Assembly: GCF_018350175.1 (NCBI RefSeq)
Contig: NC_058368.1
Span: 21,206,001-21,270,000 of the forward strand
Origin: Felis catus
Lineage: Eukaryota
Reading direction: 5' to 3'
Length of the DNA stretch: 64,000 nucleotides
The notes below the pieces were generated by a model. The model did not search any database and had not been told where the DNA came from. It saw nothing but the letters and a program-made list of their open reading frames with translations. The position numbers were made by a program, and so were the translations under genes. Positions 1 to 10,930 of this stretch are shown here, in pieces; position 1 is the first letter of the stretch; every line of letters starts with the position of its first letter.

Positions 1-375
1 TTTATATTCACACACTGGAATAATATAGCATTGAGAATAAATTGTTCTAAAATTACATGCAATAATATGGGCAAATCCCACAAACATTGTAGTAAGCAAA
101 GGAAGCCAGACACAAAAGAGTAAATGCTGTACATTTCCATAAAGCTCAAAATCAGGCAAAATTAATCTATGCTGTTCCTTTGGGTGTACAAGAGGGACCT
201 ATGGGGCAATAAGGAGGATTCTGAGGTACTGGGAATTACTGGGAATGTTCTGGCTCTTGTTCGAGGTGCCAGTCACATTAGTGTGTTCACTTTGTAAAAA
301 TTCATCAAGGTATACACTTGTGATTTGTGAACTTTTCTGTATATATGCTATATATCACTATAAAACTTTTATGAA
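1..375 (+). mobile_element. Old LINE-1 (L1M/L1ME-like) 3' UTR fragment
   Basis: Motifs 'aaggaagccagacacaaaagagtaaatgctgt' and 'aaaatcaggcaaaattaatctatgctg' resemble L1M 3' ends; boundaries approximate. Confidence 0.7.
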
Positions 376-419
376 AATGAGGGAGCCAATTCATTTGGCT
401 TGCACTTTTTCCTTCACCT

Positions 420-682
420 TTCCCCCTGTTCCTGCCTGGAGCACAGATGTGATGCCTGAAGTGGAACCATAAGGTGACAAGCATGAGAACAAAAACCACA
501 TGCTGAAAACTGCTGGGCAGAAAACAGAGGTAGCCTAGGGGGTCCTTGAGTGCGCTGTGGAGCTCTGTACTGCCTCCTTCCAGCCTTCTTGTTTCACAGG
601 GAAAGTTAAAATCCTAACATGTTGAAGTCACTGTCTAGTCAGGTTTTCTGTTATTCACAGCAAAATGCAATGCTAATCGATA
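420..682 (+). mobile_element. MaLR (MLT1-type) LTR fragment
   Basis: 'cctgcctggagcacagatgtgatgcctg...gtcaggttttctgttattcacagcaaaatgcaatgctaatcgata' resembles the 3' half of an MLT1 LTR. Confidence 0.6.
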
Positions 683-999
683 AGACAGTACCTCAGCAGC
701 TTCTAAACATTGAGGTAGACGAAGAAAAAAATATCTATTGCACACGGTGACTAAAGATGGTGGAGAGGGATGATCTGGACCAAGGCTGAGCCTGTCCCAT
801 CCTTCCCAGTTGGTACTTTTGTATGTAAGTATCACTCTGAGTTAAGCCTCAGACAAAGGGATTTTATTTCACAGGGATGATGATCTCTTTGGAAGCCTTT
901 AACATAGGACTGAAACAAGCAAAGAATTCGGACATCATACAATACTGGAAACGTTTATTAATTCTGCAGAGAAAATAGTCTTATTAGTCTTATTACTAG

Positions 1000-1400
1000 C
1001 AATGGAGTACATAGCTCAAAGGCTGGAAAATTAATCCAAATTAACAAAGGCTTATGAATGGTAGCCCCTCAGCATTAGGGACTCAAACTCCGATTATATG
1101 GTTTCTCCACCATCCCTAGGATGTTGCCCTTATCTGCCTGGTCCAACACGGCTCACTTTTGCTATTCCTCATTCCAGGCAGGAGGGTGGAGGAAGGAGGG
1201 AAAGAAAGACACACATCTCTGTCCTTAAAGGCACAACCAGGAGTTGTCCATATCACTTCTGATCACATCCACTTGGCCAGAACTTGGTCAAGAACATTAG
1301 CAAGGAACGTTACAAAATGTAGTCATTAGGAAACGCAGCCATGATCTCACTTAAAAATTCAATCCTATGGAAGAAGAGGAAAAATGGATGCAGGAGAGGC
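1000..1400 (-). mobile_element. MaLR (MLT1-type) LTR fragment
   Basis: 'atcacttctgatcacatccacttggccagaacttggtca...aaaatgtagtc' is an MLT1-like motif in reverse orientation. Confidence 0.5.
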
Positions 1401-1739
1401 AGGGCCCAGCAATCCTGCTGCTACAGGGGATGAGTATATTTCTACGTCCATTACATCTACTGAGAATCTACATTCTAGTAAGAACAAGAGTCAAATTTCT
1501 TATTTCATTGAAACAAGTTTCTTTAAAAAAGAACTACTTAAAAGTTGAAGAACAACTTAAGTTGTTTTTCTTTTTAATTTAAATCCATTCTTGCCTCATC
1601 TTCTTTAAGAATTCTGTTCAAAGTTCACCTTTCCTGTTGCACTCCCAGATGAACTACACCTGGCTCCAAACACTTCCCCAATTTCACCCATGACACATAT
1701 GTCTGTGTGTAACACTAAGTGACTGTGCATATGTGTATT

Positions 1740-1741
<2 letters not shown>

Positions 1742-1775
<34 letters not shown>
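1742..1775. repeat. Poly(T) tract (~34 nt)
   Basis: Directly visible. Confidence 0.95.
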
Positions 1776-1778
<3 letters not shown>

Positions 1779-2534
1779 AAGCTTAAATGTATTGTTCTAT
1801 GATGAAGTGGAAGTAATAGCCTTTTGAAGTCTGGCAGACATTGATTCAAATCCCAACTCTGTGGATAAGAGGCTTTATGACCTTGCTATGCACTTGCTAC
1901 ACACTCCCCCCACCCCCGCTCTGATACCTTTGGTCTCAAAAGAGGGGTCTGCTCTGGTTCAACCCATTTCTTGACTCCATTCCTCCCACTTACTCTAATA
2001 CCTCCTTGTGCCTTTAATCTCTCTTTCTCCATTAACTTCTTTCTTTCATCATACAAATAAGCTCATACCTAATTTTTTTCAAAACTCTCTCTCATCCTTC
2101 TGTCCTATGCTAGATAGCTTTTCTGTCTTCATCACTTCACCATAAAACTTCTTAAAAGTGTGTGCCCTCAATCACCCCCTGCTGTCTGATTTCATTCCTA
2201 TTACAAAATGAATCTGCTCTTACAAAAAGTCCTGACCACTTCTAAATGTCAACCTTATGGTCAATGTTCTGCAGTCTCCAACAGTTGACCACCGCTTCAA
2301 TTACAGATGTTTTTCTCTGTTGCCTTCTAAGGCTCCTTCATGAATTCCTCCTCTTCTGCTACCCAGCAAAAGTTGATTTTCTCAGAACTACATATAACAT
2401 ATATGTTACATATCACCATATAATATATATAATCATCTTTGATATATAATCATCTTTGGCTGCCTTCTCTACTCACTTTCCACATTCCCTATGAATGCCC
2501 ATCCATGCACTTGACTTCCAGACTCTACTGAGTT

Positions 2535-2641
2535 TTAGACTACCCCAGTTTCCTTTGGGCTGAACAATTTCTTGAGACTCAGGACCTTCAGTTTCAAGAC
2601 TGGGGAAGTCTCAGGCAAACCAGAATGAGTTGGTCACCCTA
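2535..2641. mobile_element. MER94/MER81-like hAT DNA transposon fossil
   Basis: Ends in 'ggcaaaccagaatgagttggtcacccta', resembling the hAT-Blackjack MER94-type terminus. Confidence 0.55.
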
Positions 2642-2658
2642 AAAAACTTAAACTGTAT

Positions 2659-2880
2659 GGGGGCACCTGGGTGGCTCAGTCAGTTAAGCATCTGACTTTT
2701 GATTTTGGCTCAGGTCATGATCTCATTATTCATGAGACCAAGCTCCACATTGCTGTCAGCACAGGACCTGCCTGGGATTCTCTCTCACTCTCTCTCCACC
2801 CCCTCCCCAACTTATACGCAAGTTCTCTCTCTCTCTCTCCCTCTCTCTGTCTCAAAATAAATAATATTTTTAAAAAAAAA
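2659..2880 (+). mobile_element. Can-SINE (SINEC)
   Basis: tRNA-derived head 'ggggcacctgggtggctcagtcagttaagc', (CT)n region and A-rich tail; flanked by repeated 'aaaaaacttaaact'. Confidence 0.95.
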
Positions 2881-4382
2881 CTTAAACTCTAAGCAAACAA
2901 ATTCTAAGTGCCTACTAGACATTTCTGCTTGAATGTCCTATAGGCACCACAGATTGAACCTGGCCATCCCTAAAATCATTGCCAAATCCCACCCAAACCT
3001 GCTCACCTTCTTCTATTCACTATTTCAGTGAATGATGCCTGAATACCATCAGCTCTCTCAGCCACCGTGTCCAGTAGTCACTAAAACCTGAATAGACTTG
3101 AAATGTACTTTTGTTGCCTCTGCCTTCCTTGTCTGTTGGCTGAACTGTCATTATCATATTCTAACCTCCCTGTCCCCAGCCTTGTCTCTCCAATCTGCAT
3201 AGCCATCCAAGTGATTTTTCTAGAACCAAAATCTAAAATACAAACTCCTTTCACTGGACTCTTATGTCCCACAAGATCTAACCCCTGCCTGTTCTCCAAA
3301 AATCCTCTTTCTGATCCCTGCTACCACTCCTTAACACCAGATACTGAACTCTTTGTACATTCTTGAGAAAGGGAATGCTATTTCAATATCCATTGATATT
3401 GAGAGCTCATGCTCACCTTTCTAATTGAAATGTCCCTTCTTGCTACTGGACCAGCACTTATTAACCCTTCAAAGCTTGGTTTATATTTCTTCTTCCCTGA
3501 GAAGACTTCACTGTATCTAGTATGTACACCTCCATCATACCTCTTAACACATGGAAATGGAATTATGGATGTATTCACATCTGGTTTCCTTGCCAGACTG
3601 GGTATAAAATTCTTGAGAGCAGGAACCTTGTATATTCATTTTGCATTCAAAGACAATGTTTGGAACACATTCAGAACTAAAATATATTTTTAGTTGACTG
3701 ACAACCTCTCTGGGTCTAGTTCCCCATCCCCAAGAACTCAGGTGTTACACCTATCTTGAAGAGAATATTGTGGGGATTAACATTTAGGAAAGTACCTGTC
3801 ACTCCGCCTGGAACTCAGCAGACCCTCCTGTTTCTCTTCCCCTTTACTATTAAATTAAGACCTGCTTTTCTGCATGCTTTGTACGTTCCCAGTAGATGCC
3901 TAATAAATACATGTGACTAACTGACAATATGGTGTGGAGCTGGGGGCCAGGAAAAAGTCTCCATTTCTCCTTGAGCAAAATCAAGATGTCAGCTAAGGGA
4001 TTAATCAATATTTACAACAGCATTGATTCCCGGAAACAATCAGCCATCTCTACAGAGAGTTAGCAAGTATCCGTGTTGTTCCAAGTTCGCATTCATAGAA
4101 TAATTTTGTTTTAAAATAATGTTCATTTGCGTACCACATACATTGCACTATCACCATTGAAGTGCTCAGTGAAGTGGGCCAAGATTAAATATTTGAAAAG
4201 AAAGAATAATACTACCTCACACCCACCAGACTGACAAAAATTTTTAAATGGCATTGCCAGATGTTGGCAAAGATGTGACACAATGGGGATTTCCATCCAC
4301 TGCTGGTGGGAACACAACTTGAACTAGCACAACTTTAGAAAAACCATTGAGCTAAACTTTAAAACTGAAAAAATTTTAAAAA

Positions 4383-4590
4383 GGGGGCACCTGGGTGCTT
4401 CAGTCAGTTAAGCATCAGACTCTTGGTTTCGGCTCAGGTCATGGTCTCATGGTTCCTGAGATTGAACCCTGTGTCATGCTCTGCACTGACAGCACAGAGC
4501 CTGCTTAGGATTCTCTCTCCCATTCTCTCTGTCCCTCCCCACACACACATGTGCTCACTAGCTGTCTAGATAGATAGATAGATAGATAGA
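4383..4590 (+). mobile_element. Can-SINE with a (GATA)n tail
   Basis: SINEC head and body; tail is 'tagatagatagatagataga'. Confidence 0.93.
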
Positions 4591-4733
4591 ACCATTGAGC
4601 ATTACCTCATAAGATGAAACTTGCACATAGTCCATGCCCAAGTAATTCTACTCCAATTAGATACTCTGGAGAAATTCTTATATATGTGTACCAGAAGATA
4701 TATGCATAAAGTTCAAAACAGTACAGTTTATAT

Positions 4734-4951
4734 GAGGGGAGGGAAGGAAGGGGAGGGGAGGGGAGGGGAGGGGAGGGAAGGGGAGGGGAGGGGAGAAAGA
4801 GGAAAGGAGGGGAGGAGAGGGAAGGAAGGGAAGGGAAGGGAAGGGAAGGGAAGGGAAGGGAAGGGAGGAAAGGAAAGGAAAGGAAAGGAAAGGAAAGGAA
4901 AGGAAAGGAAAGGAAAGGAAAGGAAAGGAAAGGAAAGGAAAAAGAAAGGAA
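4734..4951. repeat. Homopurine pentamer microsatellite, GGGGA to GGGAA to GGAAA
   Basis: About 215 nt containing only A/G; explains the low-complexity ORFs at 4607-5004. Confidence 0.95.
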
Positions 4952-5564
4952 CCCAATGCCCATAAATGGAACTGGAATACTTTAAGATAATAAAAATGAA
5001 TCAACTACAGCTACACAATTCAACACAAATGAATCTGAAAACTTAAAGCTTACAAGGAAAAAAAAATCAGTGGAATCTCACTTACAAAAATTTCAAAAAT
5101 CACACCAAAACTAAATAATGTATTGTTTAGAGATCTATATGTATGGTATAACTACAGAGAAAAGCAAAGGAATAATTTCCACACATCTTCAGTTCAAGAT
5201 AGAAGCAGGAAGGGGCAACCAGGAGAGGTACTGAAGGGTTTCAAAGGTCTGAGTAATGCTCAGTTTCTCAGTCTATGTGGTTAGTAAATAGCTGTCTGTT
5301 CTATTTTTGTGTTATCAATATATTATTGTTCTTTAAACTAGACATGGAAGTTTATACTCTTTTGTATGTAAAATGTACTTTAAATTTTAAGAATTGCTCT
5401 TTTAAACAGAAGCTAAGTTACTTTTTCAAGGTCATACTAAAAAGTAACAGAGCCACAGGGGGCCCACGTTGGTCTGACCATGAAGTCCATGGTGTTTTTA
5501 CCACCTCACATACATACTGGCTCTCCAAATACTGCCTTCACATACAAGTTGCATGTCCTTAGCC

Positions 5565-6240
5565 CAAGTGGCCACTGATGGATGACAGGATAAACACAAT
5601 ATGGTACAAACACACAATGGAATATTATTTAGCCTAAAAAGAAGGAATTCTGTCACATGCTATAACATAGATGAACCTTGAAGACATTATGCTAAGTGAA
5701 ATAAGTCAATCACGAAAGGACAAATGCTATACGATCCCATTTAAATGAGGTACATACAGTACTCAAGCCCATAAAGACAGATAGTATTGGTTTCCAGGGG
5801 TCAGAGGGAGGGGGAAATGTGTATTTTTTTTTAATTTTTTTTTCAACATTTTTTATTTATTTTTGGGACAGAGAGAGACAGAGCATGAACGGGGGAGGGG
5901 CAGAGAGAGAGGGAGACACAGAATCGGAAACAGGCTCCCGGCTCAGAGCCATCAGCCCAGAGCCTGACGCGGGGCTCGAACTCCCGGACCGCGAGATCGT
6001 GACCTGGCTGAAGTCGGACGCTTAACCGACTGCGCCACCCAGGTGCCCCGTGTATTTTTAAATATCAAAATTGTTTAATAATACGGAGCTTCAGTTTTGC
6101 AACATCATAAGAGTTTTGGAGATGGATGGTGGTAATGAGAGCACAATTGGGAATGTACTCAACATCACCAAACCGCGGACTTAAAAATTATCAAAAGGGC
6201 AAATTTTGTGTTATATTTATTTTGCCACAATTTTTTAAAA
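5565..6240 (+). mobile_element. L1MB-like 3' end, split by a young SINE
   Basis: 'atgaaccttgaagacattatgctaagtgaaataagtcaatcacgaaaggacaaat' and 'gagatggatggtggtaatg...tttgccacaattttt'. Confidence 0.8.
5829..6049 (-). mobile_element. Young felid SINE (SINEC_Fc-type)
   Basis: CpG-rich intact body; target-site duplication (TSD) 'gtgtattttt' at 5819-5828 and 6050-6059. Confidence 0.97.
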
Positions 6241-7139
6241 GGTTGCACATCCCTATCTGAGAAATAATCATGGTGAGTGGAATTTAGTGGCAGGGCACAG
6301 AAAAATGCTACTTTCTAGATTTCCAGACATAGCCTAGTAATTCACAGCCAACCTGCTCTCCTAGCTGCAGCATCATCACCTGACCTTCTGGGCCATGGCC
6401 TCCTGGAAGATGGTCTGTCAACCAAGGCAACTGCCATTTCTGGTTTGCCCCTGGCCTTATCCCCGTGGTGATGGAATGGAATGTAGGGGGGCTGCCAGAT
6501 GGCAGATGAGTAAAAGGGCAAGATCTGAGGTTGAGGGAAACAAGAAATAAAGGGGTAGCAGGTGCTGCTGAAGCAGGGCTGATGCTCAGGGGTCTGGGGG
6601 CCTAATCACTTCAGCCCATCAGTCTCTAGCCACATGGTGAGAGGCACAGAACAGAAAGGGATGAGGCATCAGAAGAGGAAATGAGAAACAGAAATCAGCT
6701 CCTGGAACGCTAGAGCAAAAGAGCCAGAATTTGCCACAAAGTTAAACTCTGAGTCTGAACACATCTCCAAAACGTGATTTAACTCACGCATAATTTAGCA
6801 ACTCACACTTGCCCAGACACAAAACCACACACAAACATACCTACACAGACACATCTCCAAACATGATGCTGAAAAAGACAATTTAATCACCTGGATAATT
6901 TGCCTACACAACAGCAAGGAGCCAGAATTCAGATGATTAACTTAACTCTTTGTGTCTGACTTTCTGGGCATCACGCTGACTCCGTTTCAGTTTACTTCTG
7001 GCCCCAAAGAGGACCCGCAGCGGGCTGACACTCTTTCCCACTGCATTAAACCTACCACACAGATATCTTAAGAATTATCAAGGCCGGTAGAGAACATATG
7101 CACAAGATTAATATTTAGAGATAATGCCACTAAGTTAGC

Positions 7140-7330
7140 AGTGTTCTTAAGCACTCATGAAGCATTGTATGTGTGAAAATGCTTAGGCTTCAATTTTCGG
7201 TTAATCCTCCCAGCAGCCCTTGGAGGAAGGTGGCTGTCTGTGAGAAGAAACTGAGGCACAGAGAAGTGAAGGGACTAGTCAGGATCATAAATAAAAGGTT
7301 ATCCGCAGAGCTCTGATTAAACCTCCCCAT
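7140..7330 (-). mobile_element. MIR fragment
   Basis: 'ttaatcctcccagcagccct...gaagaaactgaggcacagagaagtgaaggga' matches the MIR core. Confidence 0.75.
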
Positions 7331-7848
7331 GTCCCCAGCTCAGGGCCCGGCTTTGTTGATGGAGTCTACATGCTTCTCCAAGTCCACCACAGAAGATTAG
7401 CAGGGTTCCAGCTCCTCACTCTTCCCTACAAAAGGTGGAATCAGACCCAGCTCACGTTTCAGAGGGGTCTCTGGAGGTCTCTCTTGTTCCTGACTCACCC
7501 CCAGTCTGAAGTTCCCCCAAATGACCAGATCCTGTAAGCCTCATTCAAAGGGGTACGTACGTTCATCTATTTTGATGTGTCTGGACTGTGCCTGATGCCT
7601 ATGTTTTCCACTTCAGCACAGACCAAAACACCAGATTTAGGCTCAGGGAAAAAAAAAAAAAAAAAATCAACCTTACCAGAGTCCCATGATACACCTTCAA
7701 GCCTTTTCTCTACCTCCAATCTCACTTCATTCCCACCCTCAACACACATAGCATACACTTCAGGCTCCAGGGCTAGTGCAGGATAGCATACACCAAGACG
7801 GGCTGTATTCTCCGATGACACACCAAGCGCTGCACTGATCTGGAACTG

Positions 7849-7854
7849 GCACAT

Positions 7855-7885
<31 letters not shown>

Positions 7886-7897
7886 CCTGTGTGTGTG
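7849..7897. repeat. (TG)n(CG)n alternating purine-pyrimidine repeat
   Basis: Directly visible. Confidence 0.95.
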
Positions 7898-8644
7898 AGT
7901 GAAATGAAGGAGATGGCAGTAGGCATTCATTCCACTATCTTTCTTTTCACCACATTAGCCTCCATGGGGTAGCTCTCATTTGGGAGAGTACTTGGAAAGG
8001 GCCCCAAGTCAAATTGTCTTCGCTATAAGTCATACCAGGATGCATCTTCCTGCATAGGCCATCTCTTCACCGAATATCTATGTTTTGCATAAAACCGAAT
8101 CTCGACGAACAATAGAAAGTCATGGTGGTAAAAACCTGTAGACGATGCTAAGCTTCTCTAAAATGTACTAGTCTGCCAGAGCCAGGTGGATCATCAGTTA
8201 ATCATTTCTTCAAGCTCATAACAAGGACTAATAGGCACTCTCAATATCCAGTGTGCAACTGCTCTCCTGGAAAGGTCTTTAAAATTTTTTTTAAATGCTT
8301 CAAGTATGAAATAGCAAGAAAAGAAGGACTGGAATCCCACGTGGCTCTCCAGGTGCTCTCTGCCAATGGCTCCACTGTATATCCGGGATGCCGGTTTCTC
8401 ACGACTATGTTTTCCATCATGCTTCCCAGACAGCCCTGTGGATCCCTAGTTCATCGCTTACCAAGGCGGCTACTCTCTGCTGTGTGCACCAGGGCTGTAC
8501 AACATCTCTGGGAAGTTGAGCGCTGCCTTGTTCCCGTTACCCTGCACCAGCCACGGAGATGTAGCGCAGAGATGAAACTAGGCATGTTTGCGAGTCTCCT
8601 AGCCAGGATAGCACTGGACACCTTCTTAATAATAAAATCTGCCC

Positions 8645-9000
8645 GAGACAGATATCGTATGTTTTCACTCATATGGGGAATTTGAGAAACTTAACAGACG
8701 ACCGTAGGGGCAGGGAAGGAAAAATAAGTCACAAACAGAGAGGGAGGCAAACGGTGAGAGACTCTTAAATACAGAAACAAACTGAGGGTTGATGGGGGTG
8801 GGATTCGGGGGGGGGGGGCTAGGAAAATGGGAGATGGGCATTGAAGAGGGCACTTGTTGGGACGAGTACTGGGTGTTATATGTAAATGATGAATCATGGG
8901 AATCTACCCCTGACGCCAAGACTACACTGCATACGCTGTATGTTGGCTAACATGACACTAAGTTATTTAAAATAGTAATAATAGTAATGATAATAATAAT
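8645..9000 (+). mobile_element. 5'-truncated carnivore/felid L1 3' end with TSD
   Basis: L1 3' UTR with G-rich tract and (AAT)n tail; 17-bp TSD aataataaa[a/g]tctgccc at 8628-8644 and 9001-9017. Confidence 0.9.
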
Positions 9001-9939
9001 AATAATAAAGTCTGCCCAAAGCCTGATTCACTAAGAGCAATTTTTCTTAATCAGGGCCATCAATCTCAGGTTTACAAAAATGCTATTTTATTTTTCTATC
9101 TCAAACTCTAGTCCACCAATGGCAGAAAAATATATCTAATCTATTCTAGATAAGTTCAGTACTTTGGGGTTTTCTCAATCATTGCTACTTTTGTTAAGTC
9201 AGTTCCAGATGTTCCCCTGCCCTCCCTTTTCTCTTTCTCCCCTGGGCTGACCTGAGTTCCAGGGGGCTTATAGAATGTCTTAGTGTCAGCATTGGCAATA
9301 CGGATATTTTTGGTTGGGACTGTCCTCTCTTCTCCCCAGGATGTCAGAGTTGTTTAGCCCCACTTGATTCTCACATATAGCCATCTTTTAGGTTAGCACT
9401 ACCGAGGCATCTGTATACTCACTTTGTCTTTGACTGTGGAGCCACTACCACCTTCTGCTGCAAAGACCCCTTGGTAGCACCCTAATGTCTGTACAGGTCC
9501 ACTGGCTCTCCTATTTATGGGTGCTATTTAGTCGTATCCTTCTTTTTGTTGGCCAGCTTCCATGCCTTCCATGGACATAGAAAAACTCAGCTGTTCTGGG
9601 CGTAAGAGAGGATCAGATGGGTTGTCTTGGGCCTCTTCTCTGGCTGGCACCCAATGAAGCCATCTTAACTCATGGCTTCCACTCCTGGCAACATGTAGGA
9701 AGCAGCCTCCTTCCACGGCTCTATTTCTATACCCTATTCTTGAACACAAACTTTTCTGTATGTTCTGTTATCATTCCCCTTTGCAGTCAACTCTGCTGAG
9801 TGAGAGGGAGAAGCTAGACACAGTCCCTCCTCCAAGGTCTCAGTTCTCCAACTCTCCATCACAGAGGGCGTCGCCACTTCTCTGTTGGGGGAAATTTGTT
9901 CTGCAGGTCTGGTTTCAAATATTTCTTATACCTGGATAG

Positions 9940-10378
9940 TACCAGTCAGAGTGCTTGGTATGAACAACTCTCGTTAACTTAAGCAGAAAAGGAACTTATT
10001 GAACCATTACTGGGCAGTTCCCAGAATCTCTGGGAAGTAAGAAAATCAGCTGAAAATAAAAAGAGGCTGGACAGCAGAAACCAAACACTGAAGAGTTAGG
10101 GTCTTGCTGCCTGTCTCAATGGCCACGGTGACTGTGAAGTGTACCTGCAGCTCTGGGTCACCACCTTCACACACTGTCTTCGGCAGAAGCCACCCCCAGG
10201 TCAATGTCCATAAACTGGCTGCCAGGTAGCAGAAAGATGGAATATCCAGCCCCCACGTTTTTCGACAGGGGCAGGCAGGAGTCCGCCTTCCACCGAGGTT
10301 CCTGTGACACAGGGATCCCCAAAATAGGAAGAGCCTCAGAATTCTTGACAGGTGAAAAAAGGTAAATATCCACTACAA
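9940..10378 (-). mobile_element. MaLR (MLT1-type) LTR remnant
   Basis: 'taacttaagcagaaaaggaacttattgaa...cccagaatctctggg' and the terminal 'aaatatccactaca' are MLT1-like. Confidence 0.5.
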
Positions 10379-10519
10379 GGACTTAAAATAATGGTTAAGA
10401 ACTTTATTTCTTTGATCTCTGGCTCAGTTTTCAGATTCCTTCTTAGATAGCTGCCTAAACAAAATAGGGTCCCAAGATGAAAGGAAATGTGAAGGAAAAT
10501 AGAACATAAATTAACACCT

Positions 10520-10930
10520 CATGATCTACTATCTCACAAATTTCATCTCCCTAATTTCCTATAATTCCATAGATTGAGATATTTTTATTCCCATTTTGTA
10601 TGCCAGAATGTCTAGACTGAGAAGAGTTCCATGATCTTGGGCAATTTTTTTATCTTCTATATGCCTCAGTTTCCTCATCTATAAATTAGGATAAACCTAC
10701 CTTCTAGGGCTGTTATAATAAGGTTAAGGTTTTTGCTACAAGCAACCAGAGTTCCAGAGATGACAAAGTAGTGGAAAGAGCACCGCTGAACGGGACATCA
10801 GGCCGACTGGCCACTAATTCTCCATGAACCATGGACGTATCACTTTACCTCCCTGGGCTTCCATTCTGACATCTGTAAAGCAAGCATGTTGGACTCAACG
10901 ATCGCTAAACTCCCTTCTATTCCACAAATT
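10520..10930. mobile_element. Cluster of MIR fragments
   Basis: MIR core motifs 'tattcccattttgta', 'gcctcagtttcctcatctataaa' and 'tcactttacctccctgggc'. Confidence 0.7.

Larger units (their letters stand above)
1960..3690 (+). mobile_element. Degraded L2 fragments, interrupted by a MER94-like element and a SINE
   Basis: Pyrimidine-rich L2-like tracts, e.g. 'ctactagacatttctgcttgaatgtcctataggcacc' and 'ctattcactatttcagtgaatgatg'. Confidence 0.55.
4200..5400 (+). mobile_element. Old L1M ORF2-end/3' UTR fragments, interrupted
   Basis: 'actacctcacacccaccagactgacaaaaat...tgttggcaaagatgtg...ctgctggtggg' are L1 ORF2 C-terminal motifs. Confidence 0.65.

Noticed and set aside
4607..5004. Three 108-118 aa ORFs
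   Set aside because: Translations of the purine microsatellite.
8036..8135. Minus-strand exon-like segment (tctacag|...|gtatga) with one open frame
   Set aside because: Weak polypyrimidine tract, unrecognisable peptide and no compatible neighbouring exons.
8251..8685. 144 aa ORF
   Set aside because: Non-ATG start, ends inside an L1 insertion, no recognisable domain.
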